A stretch of DNA of 43,881 nucleotides. Origin: Vermamoeba vermiformis (Eukaryota). Made by a program: the position numbers and the translations under genes. The stretch covers positions 1 through 43,881 of the forward strand of contig JBEWZL010000165.1 in the NCBI GenBank assembly GCA_045837725.1. The letters run 5' to 3'. How positions within the stretch are numbered: the stretch's first letter is position 1; each line of letters starts with the position of its first letter. This document shows, in pieces, positions 10,443 to 21,715 of the stretch. The notes under the pieces were generated by a model that saw nothing but the letters and a program-made list of their open reading frames with translations, was not told the origin of the DNA and made no database searches.

Positions 10443-13400
10443 TTAGTCGTCGTCTTCATCATCCGCGTCGACGTCATCATCTTCATCGTCGTCGCCACCA
10501 TCAAAGTCTTCTTCCTCTTCAGACAAGGATGAAATCTCGTCGTCTTCGTCATCATCTGTTGTACAGTATCATTAGTATTCTGATCCAAAAAGGGCTTCAC
10601 CAGATCCGACTTACCGTCATCGACAACTCGCTTCTTAGGAGCAGCACGCGTAGGACGAGCAGCAGCCTTCTTGGCAGGCTTCTCGTCTTCGTCGTCCTCG
10701 TCGTCATCAACAAGGTTCACTTTCTTGGCAGGAGCAGCCTTGGCCTTGGCAGCAGGAGCGCTCTTCTTGACAGGCTTGACGTCATCATCATCGGCATCGA
10801 GTTCATCAATGTCGTCGTCATCTGAGTCGATAGCACGCTTCTTGGAGGCGGCAGGAGCAGCTTTCTTAGCAGGAGCAGGTGCTGGCTTCTTGGCTGGGAC
10901 CAAGTCGTCGTCATCCTCGTCGTCGCTGTCGTCCTTCTTGGCGGCAGGCTTCTTGGCAGTGGTACTAGCGGCCTTGGCAGCTTCTTCCTTTCGCTTCAAG
11001 GCAAGTCGTTCCATCAATGACATGGGCACAGCCTTGCTGTCCTCGTCGTCACTGTCAGAATCAGCAGCCTTCTTCGTAGCAACAGACGTGGTTGTGCCCG
11101 TCTTCTGCTTCTTAGCGGCAGGTTCTGAGCGATGGATTAGAAGATGCTTTTCATCATGCGAGAACCACAATACTTACTTGAGTCTTCATCTTCGTCCTTC
11201 TTGGCAGTCTTAGTGCTGAAGGCGAACGAGTCCAACGAAGCCTGGGCAAGCTTTCGCTTCTTAGTATCATCAGCAGCTGTCTCGGTCTTCTTGGCCGCTG
11301 TAGTTGTAGTGGCTTTGGGTGCTTCAGTCTTAACTTCGGTCTTGACAGTCGTCGTGGCTTTAGGTGCAGCGGGCTTAGGAGCAGCCTTCTTAGGGGTGGG
11401 AGCCTTGACTTCAAAGTCCTCACTGTCGCTTTCATCGCTGTCATCGAAGGTCTTTCTCTTCTTGGGCTTAGCCTTGCCAGCGATGGGCTTCTTAACCTTG
11501 CGGTTGGTGCTCTCGCGAGCAACACGCTTAACCTCATAATCCTATTGTCCAAGAGTTAGCTATCTAATCAAGAGCATCTCGTAGTGACTACTTACATCCC
11601 ACTTTTCAAGGAAGGCATCGAGATCGGCCTCCCAGAATTGTTCGGGAGAAGTGCTGAGCAACTCATCGAGCTCCTTCTTTCGCTCGTTCAATTGCTCTTG
11701 CAACTTCTTGACACGTTCCAAGGTCAAACTCCAAATGGGCATAGACAACAAATAGTCGTAGTTCTTGGAGTTGGTGTCAGCGTCTTCAATTCCATCGTCT
11801 TCATCTTCGTCATCGTCATCGGCTTCAACCTCAACATTGGTAGTCTTGTTGCCTCTCTTGACAGTACCAGCAACCTTCTTCTTCTTTTGCTTGGGCATAG
11901 GGTCGAACTTCTTCTCGATAAGTTCTTCGAGCAAATCAACCTTCTTGCGGTTAGCAACGACAATCTCCTTCTTGACGACCATCAAAATGAAGCGGACTTG
12001 GTTCTCCAAGCGTTTCCATTCACGTTGAACATTCTCAACAAGGTTCTCCTTTCTCTTTGCGTAGTACTTCAAGCGCAAAGGATAGAACTCTTCGATGATC
12101 TGTTCCGGTGTGTCAAACTTCTTGATACGACCCTCAGCATCGAACAAGTGCATGTTGGACTTGCCCAACTTGGAGCGCAGCTTGAACAACTTCTCGATTT
12201 CGTCGTCGCTCATCTTGCCAACACCAGGAGCGTTGATAACGAAGTGAACAGTGGTGTCAGTACCGTGGTCCTTGTAGCCCTTAACTTCGGGGTAGCGCTT
12301 AGTGGCAACAGGCTTCTTCTTTTCAGCGGCAGCTTTGCCCTTCTTGCCCTTGGTGAACTCGCCGTCATCATCGTCCTTCTCCTTGTCCTTGTCTTTTTCC
12401 TTGTCCTTCTCCTTATCCTTTTCTTTGCCACCAGCCATGCAGACTTCCAAGAACTCTTTGTAGGTCAAGTTCCAAGTGCGAACAGGCAACTCGGTGACTT
12501 CCAAGGTGTCGTCGTCAACACGAGACCAGATGCCACGAACGATGTAGGTCTTATCGGTTTCGCTCCATTCGATTGAACCCTTGAAGCCTCTGTACCAAGG
12601 AGTCATGGGCTCAACAGGTTGCTTGTGGATCAAGCGGCGAATGTTCTCGACAATGTCGCGAGGGTTGTGGTTAGGAATCTTAGTACTCCAACCAGTACCG
12701 ATACCTTCGTTACCATTGACCAAGACCATTGGCATAATGGGGATGTACCACTCGGGTTCAATGCTGACACCTTCATCTTCCAAGTAAGTGACAATCTTGT
12801 CGTCATCAGGGTGGAAGAGGTAGCGAGCCAACTCGGACAAATGAGTGTGAATGTAACGAGCGCTAGCAGAGTCCTTGCCACCTTGCAAACGAGTACCGAA
12901 TTGACCAACGGGCTCGAGCAAGTTGATGTTGTCGGCACCAACGAAGTTCTGAGCCATACCAATGATAGTGGAGTGCAAACTGGCTTCACCATGGTGATAC
13001 ATGGACTTCTCGGAGACGTAACCGCTGAGCTGAGCCACTCTGATTTCTTGTTTCAAGTTACGCTTGAAGCAGCAGAACAAGACCTTGCGTTGACCAGGCT
13101 TGAGACCGTCGACCAAGCTAGGAATAGAACGTTGACAATCGGCCAAAGAGAAGAGAATCAACTCCTTGTTGATGAAGTCGTTGTAAGGAATTCTGGCCAT
13201 AGAGTTGTCCAAGAACGTGCCAGGTTGGTAGTTGCGCAACCAATCCTTACGGTTGTCAGCCTTATTCTTAGCGAACGCCAAGTCAATAGCTTCGTCGTCA
13301 TTGTCGCCCTTGTAAATGAACTCCTTTCGGTGCTTTTGCAAGGCCGAGAAGTACTCACGGGCTTCTTCAGCAGAGGAAGTACCAAGACCTTTGTAGTACT

Positions 13401-15936
13401 TGATCTTCCAACCAGCAGTGTTGTTCTTCTCCTTCCAAGCTTCGTACTCGGGAATAGTAAAGAACGAAACGGAGTTCTTGCCCTTAGTAACCTTGACGAT
13501 AGGCGTGATGAACTCGAGCATGAAGCCAGGGACCTTGAGCAAAGAAGGCCAGAACTTGTGAATAAAGTTGATAACGAGACCCTTGATGTGAGAACCGTCG
13601 TGATCTTGATCGGCCATAATCATCAAATGTCCGTAACGCAGCTTGGTGACGTCAGAGTATTGAGTAGAGAATTGAAGACCCATAATCTTCGTCAAGGCAA
13701 TAATTTCTTCGTTCTTCTTAATTGCCGCATTAGTGGCGTCACGCACGTTGAGCAATTTACCCCTAAGATCAAAATTAATAAGCAAGAAGATGAAAGCTTG
13801 ATGAAAGTATCTTACTTTAGCGGGAAAACACCATAGTAATCGCGACCAACGACACTCAAACCAGAGACAGCCAAAGTCTTGGCGGAATCTCCTTCCGTCA
13901 AGATCAAGGTACAATCAGCGGCCTTGCGACCACCAGCCTGATTGGCGTCATCGAGCTTGGCAATACCAGTCAACTTGGAGGTCTTCTTGCCGCTGACCTT
14001 CTTCAAGTCTCCCATGCCCTTGTTTTGAGCCCAGGTCAAGATTTGATCGACAACGGGGCCCTTGGCAACTGAATAAAACATGAGACACGTGTCACAGTAA
14101 ACAACAACGCCGTGCACTTACGCTTCTTGTAAAAGGCCTCGGTCAACTCGCACTTGGAGCCAAAGGCATTCTGCTTGCTCTTGAGGGTTTCCTTAGTCTG
14201 AGAATCGAACTCGGGGTTGTTGATCAGTGCGTTAACGAAGATCCACAAGTGATTACGGATCTGGAACGGCTTGACTTCAGCACCCTTGTTTCTCTTCTTG
14301 ACAATAGGTTGCAAGTAGTTCACGATCTTTGTGGCCACGTGAGTGATGTGAGTACCACCACGAGTAGTAGCAATACTGTTCACAAAACTGACTTGCTTAG
14401 CCTCACCATCACTGTCTGTTAGGAACAAAAGTTAGTCTTAATTGACGTTTGAACATGAAAATTGTTTGTCTTACTCGTGACAGCGACTTCCCAACGGCGC
14501 TTGCCAGTCTTATCGAGAACCTTCTCGAAGACAACATCGCGTGTAGGATCGTCTTTGAAGTACATCTTGACGTAATCAGTGAAACTCTTGACCATCAATC
14601 TCTTGCCGTTCAAGTACACCTGCACACGGATCAGTCAACGAGTCTAAGCGAGATAAAAAATTCATGAACGTACCTTGAGCGAGGAGTTGCAGCCAGCAAC
14701 GTCCCAAACACGACGGCGCATTAGTTCAATCATGTCGTCTTCGAGCTCTTCCATTTCAAAGCGCTTCAGATCGGGCTTGAAAGTGATTTCGGTCCAATCT
14801 TCGCCCTTAGCGTTGTCAGTAACGCGAGGCTTCTCCTTCTCAATCATGTTGTCGCGGTAAGTCTGCTTGAACTTTTTCTTGAACTTGGATGAGGCAGTTT
14901 CAACAGTGAATTCCAAACTGTAAATGTTGGCCAACTTAGCTCCGAGACCGTTACGACCACCAGTAACCTTGTCTTCTTCGTCATCGAAGTTGGAACCAGT
15001 CAACAAATGACCGAAAATCATTTCAGGGATCCAGATGTTGTGTTGTTCGTGGATCTTGATAGGAATACCTGTTTATGCAACGATTAATACCTATTGATAT
15101 AATACGACTCTCGTATACTATTAATACGCTATTGGTCTCGTGTTTGCTTACCTGCTCCGTCGTTGTAAACGCTGATCAAGTTCTTCTCCTTGTCGAGAGT
15201 GACCTTAATAGTGCTCATAGAGCTATCACGTTGGTAGTTATCAGCTGCGTTCACGAGAATTTCGTCGAAAATCTTGTACAAAGCAGGGGCATAAGTCAAG
15301 TTCTTGAGGATCATGCCGCCCTTCTCATCGTCATAGACGTATTGAGGTTCTATTAGGAGTTGTTAATATTTATAGCCGCCGATAGTGAATATCACCCGTT
15401 ATTTACCTTTAATCTTGTGAGTAGAGCCAACGTACATATCAGGTCGCGCAAGTACGTGCTCGCGTTGATCCATCTTTGTGTATGTCTCATCAACGGTCTT
15501 ATTTTTCTTTGGCTTGGCGGGCTCTATATTAATTTCGATATGAGCGTCGATTCAATCCAAAAAAGATTCGCAACAATTAATTTAATTTTTAAATCTGACG
15601 TACTTTGGGGCGATTCGTCCTCATCATCGTCAATGGGCATGGGCATATCGTCGTCATCATCCAAGTCCATCTCATCGTCGCTTGCTTTCTTCTTTTTCGG
15701 AGCTGCTTTCTTTTTGGCGGGTTTTTCGTCAGATGTTTTTTTCGCCGCAGCTTTTTTAGGAGCAGCCTTGGCAGGTGCTTTCTATTATTTAATATCCATT
15801 ATTAACGTACAGTCAGGAGGAAGAAATATTTTAAAAAATTCTGCAAGCAAGATTCGATCGTTACCTTCTTGGGTGTCTCCTCGAAGTCGTCTTCAAAGTC
15901 GACCTCGCTTATATCGGACATCTCTGAGTCACTCAT
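10443..15936 (-). CDS. TOP2: DNA topoisomerase II (eukaryotic type IIA), multi-exon
   Basis: EHVLARPDMYVGS, PALYKIFDEILVNAADN, HLLTGSNFDD..KVTGGRNGLGAKLANI (GHKL ATPase), LILTEGDSAK, PLRGKLLNVRD, IMADQDHDGSHIKG (TOPRIM), KYYKGLGTS, DGLKPGQRKV, YHHGE, SARYI (catalytic Tyr), YLLSMPIWSLT, and a long acidic/Lys-Ala-Pro C-terminal tail. Confidence 0.98.
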
Positions 15937-16009
15937 GATTGAGACCTGCCAGTTGTGGTATTGCCTGCACGTTACGGAATGAACTGCAACCATTTTTTTC
16001 TTTTCATTT

Positions 16010-16025
16010 TTTGAATTTCCCGCCC
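16010..16025 (-). promoter_or_regulatory. Putative E2F-type site (TTTCCCGC) abutting a CHR-like TTTGAA element upstream of TOP2
   Basis: TTTGAATTTCCCGCCC lies ~75-90 bp upstream of the TOP2 ATG. It matches the E2F consensus TTTSSCGC and the CHR consensus TTTGAA. Confidence 0.5.
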
Positions 16026-16099
16026 TTGTAAGAGCGGCAAAAAAACTGTTTGGTTTGAAGTTTATTTACATTTAAGGCACGAGTGCTATGTACAAGTGA

Positions 16100-17041
16100 T
16101 TATGAAACAATATCTGGGTTCGCTCCTTTAAAAATATCGATAAATACGCCGTACCATTTGTCGGAGCTCTGTTCTGTCGAAATCTGCAATCCAGACTGGT
16201 TAATATTCATCCACGCTATTAAATATTATTATATTACCTTGAACGGGAATGGAGCGACCTCATTTGTCGTCAAGGGCGGTATGTGGTTTCTATTTTCTGT
16301 ACTTTGCTGGATGACCCAAATGACGCGGTCTCGAAGCTGCGACTCCAGTTGATCTCTTTTCTCTAATGAAATGCGTTAGTATCATCTAAAAATAGTAGCT
16401 ACAGAAATAACTCTGCTCAGCGATTGAAGATCTCGATCGCCTGAGATGGCACGAGGGTTTTTAACATACCAGGTGTCTTTGGAGCGGGCTTTCCGACTTT
16501 CAAATTTACAAACCATTGTTCCCAACAAACCATCTCGTTCTTGCCGAACCAGCTTTGCTTGGACTTCTCGACCTTGTGATGAAACGAGATCTCAACTTGT
16601 AACATTTCTTTGGGCTTCTTAACGAAGTTGCTAACTATAGCGTCTATTCTTTCTTCTATCCTTTTAATAAGATCAGGATGATCACATTGTACCTATTAAA
16701 GGAATGGATTTAGGTAAGACCATCCGGCTCGCGACAACTGAGGCTACTAGTTTCTTATATAAAGTACACTTACGTAATAAAAATCGAGTATTTCTATGTG
16801 ATAGTCTTTTGGTTTAATAAGTCCTAATGCTCGCTGAAATAGAATTGTGTGGATCATGCCTATTCGGTTCTGTGGTTAGTAAGATGATAATAATTATTTT
16901 TAATATTGCATCTTACATCTAAGCACTTCTTTTAGGTCATCTTGATCAATATCCTACCATTTATAATTAATTTTATAAAATAAAAATATAAAATCAAATT
17001 AGTCTTACCAGCAGATCGCTATTAAACTGCTTTGCCGTCAT
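16100..17041 (-). CDS. ATG101: Autophagy-related protein 101 (HORMA), multi-exon
   Basis: Spliced translation gives LKEVLR.MIHTILFQRALGLIKPKD...YVQCDHPDLIKRIEERIDA...LQVEISFHHKVEKSKQSWFGKNEMVCWEQWFVNL, including the ATG101 WF finger and CWEQW motif, then HIPPL...PFPFK. Last-exon acceptor uncertain. Confidence 0.9.
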
Positions 17042-17476
17042 TATATACACTGTTAATAATATATGTAATGTTGACTAAATATTCGTCGTATGTGCAGCTG
17101 AGAAATTTTGCTAATTGAACTCAAACCTATCAGCTCTCTCTAATTCAATTGCACAGAGTGATTGTACGTCCTAAATATTAAGAAAATAAATATTTAATTA
17201 TAGCAAATAGTAGTCAAGCAATAATAACGGATTCGAAACCGAATCAAGGGACAGATGTCGGATGACGTGTTAGCCGAAGAAATATCGAACCTACCAATAA
17301 GCTGATAGACCCTCTTAATATGGGTCTTTGCGCGTTCGTCCGTGTTCGAATCCAGAAAAGTTTGTGAAAAGAAATAAAAACGGTCAAATTTTTCTATTTT
17401 ATTCATTTTTCAACCACAACGACCACACGGGCGAAGTCAATTTTGTACATATATATTTATTTGTTATATATTAATA

Positions 17477-18747
17477 ATGTCCTTTCCACCTAATCAACCT
17501 GGTCAGCTGCCGCCTAACTTTCCAAAAGGCCCGCCACAAAATCCACTCAACATTCCTACAATGCAGTCCAACCCTCGCTTAGTCAATCCAAATACTTTTA
17601 TTACACAGCCACCATCACAGCAAATAAGCCAAGCACAATTAAATCAAGCGCTAGGTCAAAATGCCATCCCCGTCGCGACGAATCAGCAGTTTATGCACGG
17701 TGGCATGCAAATAAATCCCCAATTAATAATGCAGCAACAGCAACAGAGGACAGGAATGCCTATGCAGGGCTCGCCGAACCAGCCACCGATGCAGGTAAGT
17801 TTTTCTGTTTCGAAACACCCCATCTACTTTATGTCTTACCGAACACGATTAAATATTTTTTAAAAACGTGCAAATATTACGAGTAACGTTTTTATGCATT
17901 TACAACCGATTTAGATTTTAATATAAGTAAATTTATTTTATTACAAAAAATAGTTTTCGTCTATTTTCATAAGAAAGGCTATAACTGTTTTAAATAATGG
18001 ATATAGCACGTGCAAAAAAATAATATCACCGATATTGATTTTTCAACCGATTTACATTTGAAAAATGCTTTCAACATTCTTTACTTACGGATCGTACTAA
18101 TTAGGTTCAGCCTGGTCAACCAGGAATGGGACAACCAATGCCAGGAGGTGCTCCTCGTCCAATGATGGTGCCTCCAGTTCCTCAGCTAATTACAAAGTAT
18201 GTAGAATGCTGTGTCGAGTAGGCGTTGTAACTTGCTAACTTGGCCACATTACAGACCAAACTTACAACCTCCTGAGTCACAAGAAATTATTTCCCGTCAA
18301 AGATTGCAAGAATTATTAGCACAAGTTGATCCTCGAGAAAAATTAGACACTGAGGCTGAAGATGTAAGTGCCCGTGTTACACGGTGTACACGTGACACAT
18401 TTTCACTATTGAGGAAGCTTAGAAGCCGTTACTAATACAATATAATTATAGCTATTGATGATTATTGCTGAGGAGTTTATTGACAATGTTACAAATTTTG
18501 CGTGCACGTTAGCTAAGCATCGCGGATCCAACACTCTCGAAACAAAGGATCTGCAGTTATATCTAGGTTAGTATAACAACGCTATGATATGCTATACTAA
18601 ACATACATATCTAACTGGCGAGTAGAAAAAAATTGGAACATTCGCGTGCCTGGATTCTCAAATGATGAAGTCAAGCCGCAGCGAAAACCCAACGTTAATG
18701 AGGCCCACAAAGCGCGCTTGCAATCCGTTCGTAAATCGAAGAAATAA
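17477..18747 (+). CDS. TAF12: TFIID/SAGA subunit TAF12 with Q/P-rich N-terminus, multi-exon
   Basis: Histone-fold sequence [75 protein letters not shown]...EAHKARL. Confidence 0.95.
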
Positions 18748-19133
18748 GATATCATGGTTATAAAAACCTTTTTGACCTTGTTATTATAAATAAACGAGTA
18801 ATTAAGACAAGCCCTCACGACGATCGGCCGATCCGATAGATCGACGGCGGAAATGCACGAGCGCCTTGCAAAACTTCAAAAGGTAAGTCCTAACCTCACT
18901 GTAACTGTACTTTCCATCCTATTTGCTCACTGGACCCGCGATCGTCCTGGCGCTTTGGACCATCCTGAAGGCAACTCAAAGATGCAACAGTAAATTACGC
19001 CTAAATCTTCGTTGCGATAAAATCTATGGAATTCCAAACTGTCACCCCTTGTCAGTGCGTTTAATTACCTACAATGATATAAACCTAATTTCGGTTTTAA
19101 TGTTAAGTTTCAGTGTTTTTGTTTGAAACCAAC

Positions 19134-21549
19134 ATGGCCGATAACAAGAGATCGATTGTTCTTCAAGGCAATGTAAAGGTTCTTGGAGAACAATACATCG
19201 CCTCCTGGAGCGATACAGTTTTGACCTTGTTCTCAGATGCGTCTCTCGAATATCAAGTTGATAAGGCAAGCTTAAATAATTATTTAATACTGAAATTATT
19301 CATTGTCCATACTATTATTAAATTAATGAATTAAATTAAACGGTAATAGCTTACGGATTTGAATTCTAAAATTCCAATCGCAGGCCACAAAGCTTGTTAA
19401 GGTTGGGCCTACGACTACTACTACCAGATCTAGGCGAGCAAATTATCCTGAGGTGTTTGTAGTCAACACAGTACCGGAATCTGACTATTCAAGTGGACCC
19501 ATGTTTTCTGCGGCGGATGCTAAGGTGAGTAACAATAATTATAACAAACAATAGTTAATATTACTGTGATTCTAGGGAGCCGATGAATGGATCAATAAGA
19601 TCAATTTGACTCGAATGCTGCAGGCAGCCCGCAATGCCGCGCACCCCCACCCTCTTACTCGCGCAACAAATTCGGTTCAATACACTGGAGGACTACAAGC
19701 AACATCAATTCACATTACAGAAGCGATTAAATGCAAACTATGCTCGAACAAAGCTTGGCAAGGTAACCGGATCTGTTTCTCAATCGCTATTAGCATTCAC
19801 TCCGTTATAGACTGAGCTAATTTACTTTAAAGGATATACCTGTGAATTTTGCCACAATTATCGTATTTGCGAGACCTGCGAAACGAGTGTGCGAGAGTTG
19901 TCAAGAAAAATGGTCAAGTCACCCACTCACGAACACGCACTAATAAGATTTGAGCGAGCAAATGATCCTATCTGTTTCAACGAAAATTACAACGGCAACT
20001 ACAACTGCGATCAGTGCAAGACGGACCAAAGTGGCGAGGTGTATCATTGCATCACGTGCCAAGTTTATGATGAGTGCCCTGCTTGTGCGAAAGGGATTAA
20101 AAAACCGATTTTGGTCGCGCAAACTCTTGGAAATCTTAGCGGAGATGCTATCACGGGAAATTCGACCAAGAAGGCTGAAAAATCCACCGTTGAAGTCTCA
20201 CAAAGTACGTCGAACAACCCGACTCAACTCGAGGTCAAACATTTGGCTTCAGTAATGAATGTGGATGGGAACTCGTTTTCATTACAATTGACCAAAGACG
20301 CTAAGGTTCCTATTGGCTGCAGCATGATCTCAAATCGACGTTGGAACTTATCAAAGATCGAGACTCAACCAGTGCCAAATGCATATATGGAAGTAACGTT
20401 TACCAAATTTGCACCTAATAGTTTTGTCGGTGTTGGCATCGGCAACCAAATATGGGTTCAGAATCAAATGCTTGGATTACAACAGAACAGCTACGGATAC
20501 TTTAATAATGGCACCGTAAGTTGTAAACGCGTTATCATAGCTACTTAAATTAATCTTTATAGGTATCGCATAACATCGTTACTCAAGAACCGTCGTATTT
20601 CCCTGGCTTTGAAGGTAAGTAACAAAATTTATTCGTAATTTCAGCGCTAACGTATGTATCGTAGCTGGCGACACGATTGGAGTTGGCATATTGTACGACA
20701 GTTACAATACGCGACGTCTTTTCTTCACCAAAAACGGACAGATGCTCGGCAACTTTCCAGCGGCGATTCATAAAGGCATGGATTGTTTCCCTGGTGTGTC
20801 CTTCAAAAGTGATTCGGAGGTGTCATTCACTGTTGAACTGAATGGACCGCTCAAATTTGACGTGCGGTCAATCCCTGATACTCGCAGCGACAAAACTGAT
20901 CGAATGAAATCTGTGCCCACGGAAATCCTCGCCGTAATTCTGTCTTATACGGTCACATCGCCTGCATTAGCACTCGAACTCCGCCTCGTCAACAAAAACT
21001 TCAGTCAGGTTGCGTGCGATAACCTCATTTGGAAGCGTCTGTTCCTTGCCAAGTGGCCAATGCAAAACACGAAACTGAAACTCAAATCGTGGTATACCTT
21101 GTACAAACGCCGCTCTGGCGTGAAACCTTCAGCGGCTGTGCCGAAAGGCAGCAGCAAGAATTTCATCGGTACGTACCTAGAACGAGCTCGAGAGCTATTG
21201 ACCACCAATCTAACGAGTGATTCAAACAGAAAACTGCGACTTTGAATTTCAATGCCCGTTGTTGTGGGAAAAGATGAAAACAGGCAATAACGAAAACGAA
21301 CGATTTTGTGACAAGTGTCAAAAGACTGTCTATTCAGGCACGTACAGAAGATTCGATCGTGTTTTACTGTAGGTGTTAACACTTTGATTCTTAGTGAGCG
21401 ATGAAACGACCTTGTACAAATATGCTGAAATGGGCCGTTGTGTCAGCTTAGTACCCAAACCGAAGCTCAGCCCAGTTGGACCGCCGGTCATGCACCGTTT
21501 GGGCGGAGCACCCAGACCTAGGCCGAGAGACATCCCTCCCCCTAAGTAA
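19134..21549 (+). CDS. Multidomain F-box protein: PH-like, two ZZ/DC1-like Zn fingers, SPRY, F-box, C-terminal Cys-rich domain
   Basis: PH-like N-terminus ending GADEWINKIN. HPHPL...CKLC...CEFC...CETC and HEHAL...CDQC...YHCITCQVYDECPAC. SPRY motifs YMEVT...VGVGI...LGLQQNSYGY...GDTIGVG...LFFTKNG...FPGVS. F-box VPTEILAVILSY...LVNKNFSQVACDNLIWKRLF. Tail ENCDFEFQCPLLWEKM...RFCDKCQKTVY...GRCV. Confidence 0.85.
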
Positions 21550-21715
21550 GATGTCATTGTACAGCAATTTGTATAAATTGTTATATACGGCCGTAGCTTT
21601 GGTCGCGGTAAAAATACTGCACAATTTTATTGGGAAGTTCGCGTGGAAAGTTCGCAGGTTATGAATAACAATCTTCTTTTTCGTTATTTCGTGCAGCTCA
21701 GACACACGACCAACA

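Noticed and set aside
10343-11552. Several overlapping Ser/Ala/Leu-rich or Arg-rich ORFs
   Set aside because: They are alternative frames or antisense readings of the low-complexity TOP2 C-terminal tail.
11584-13836. Long plus-strand ORFs (330 aa and 405 aa) antisense to TOP2
   Set aside because: They are codon-register mirror frames of TOP2. Its codon bias (few TTA/CTA/TCA codons) removes antisense stops, and the translations show no recognisable protein features.
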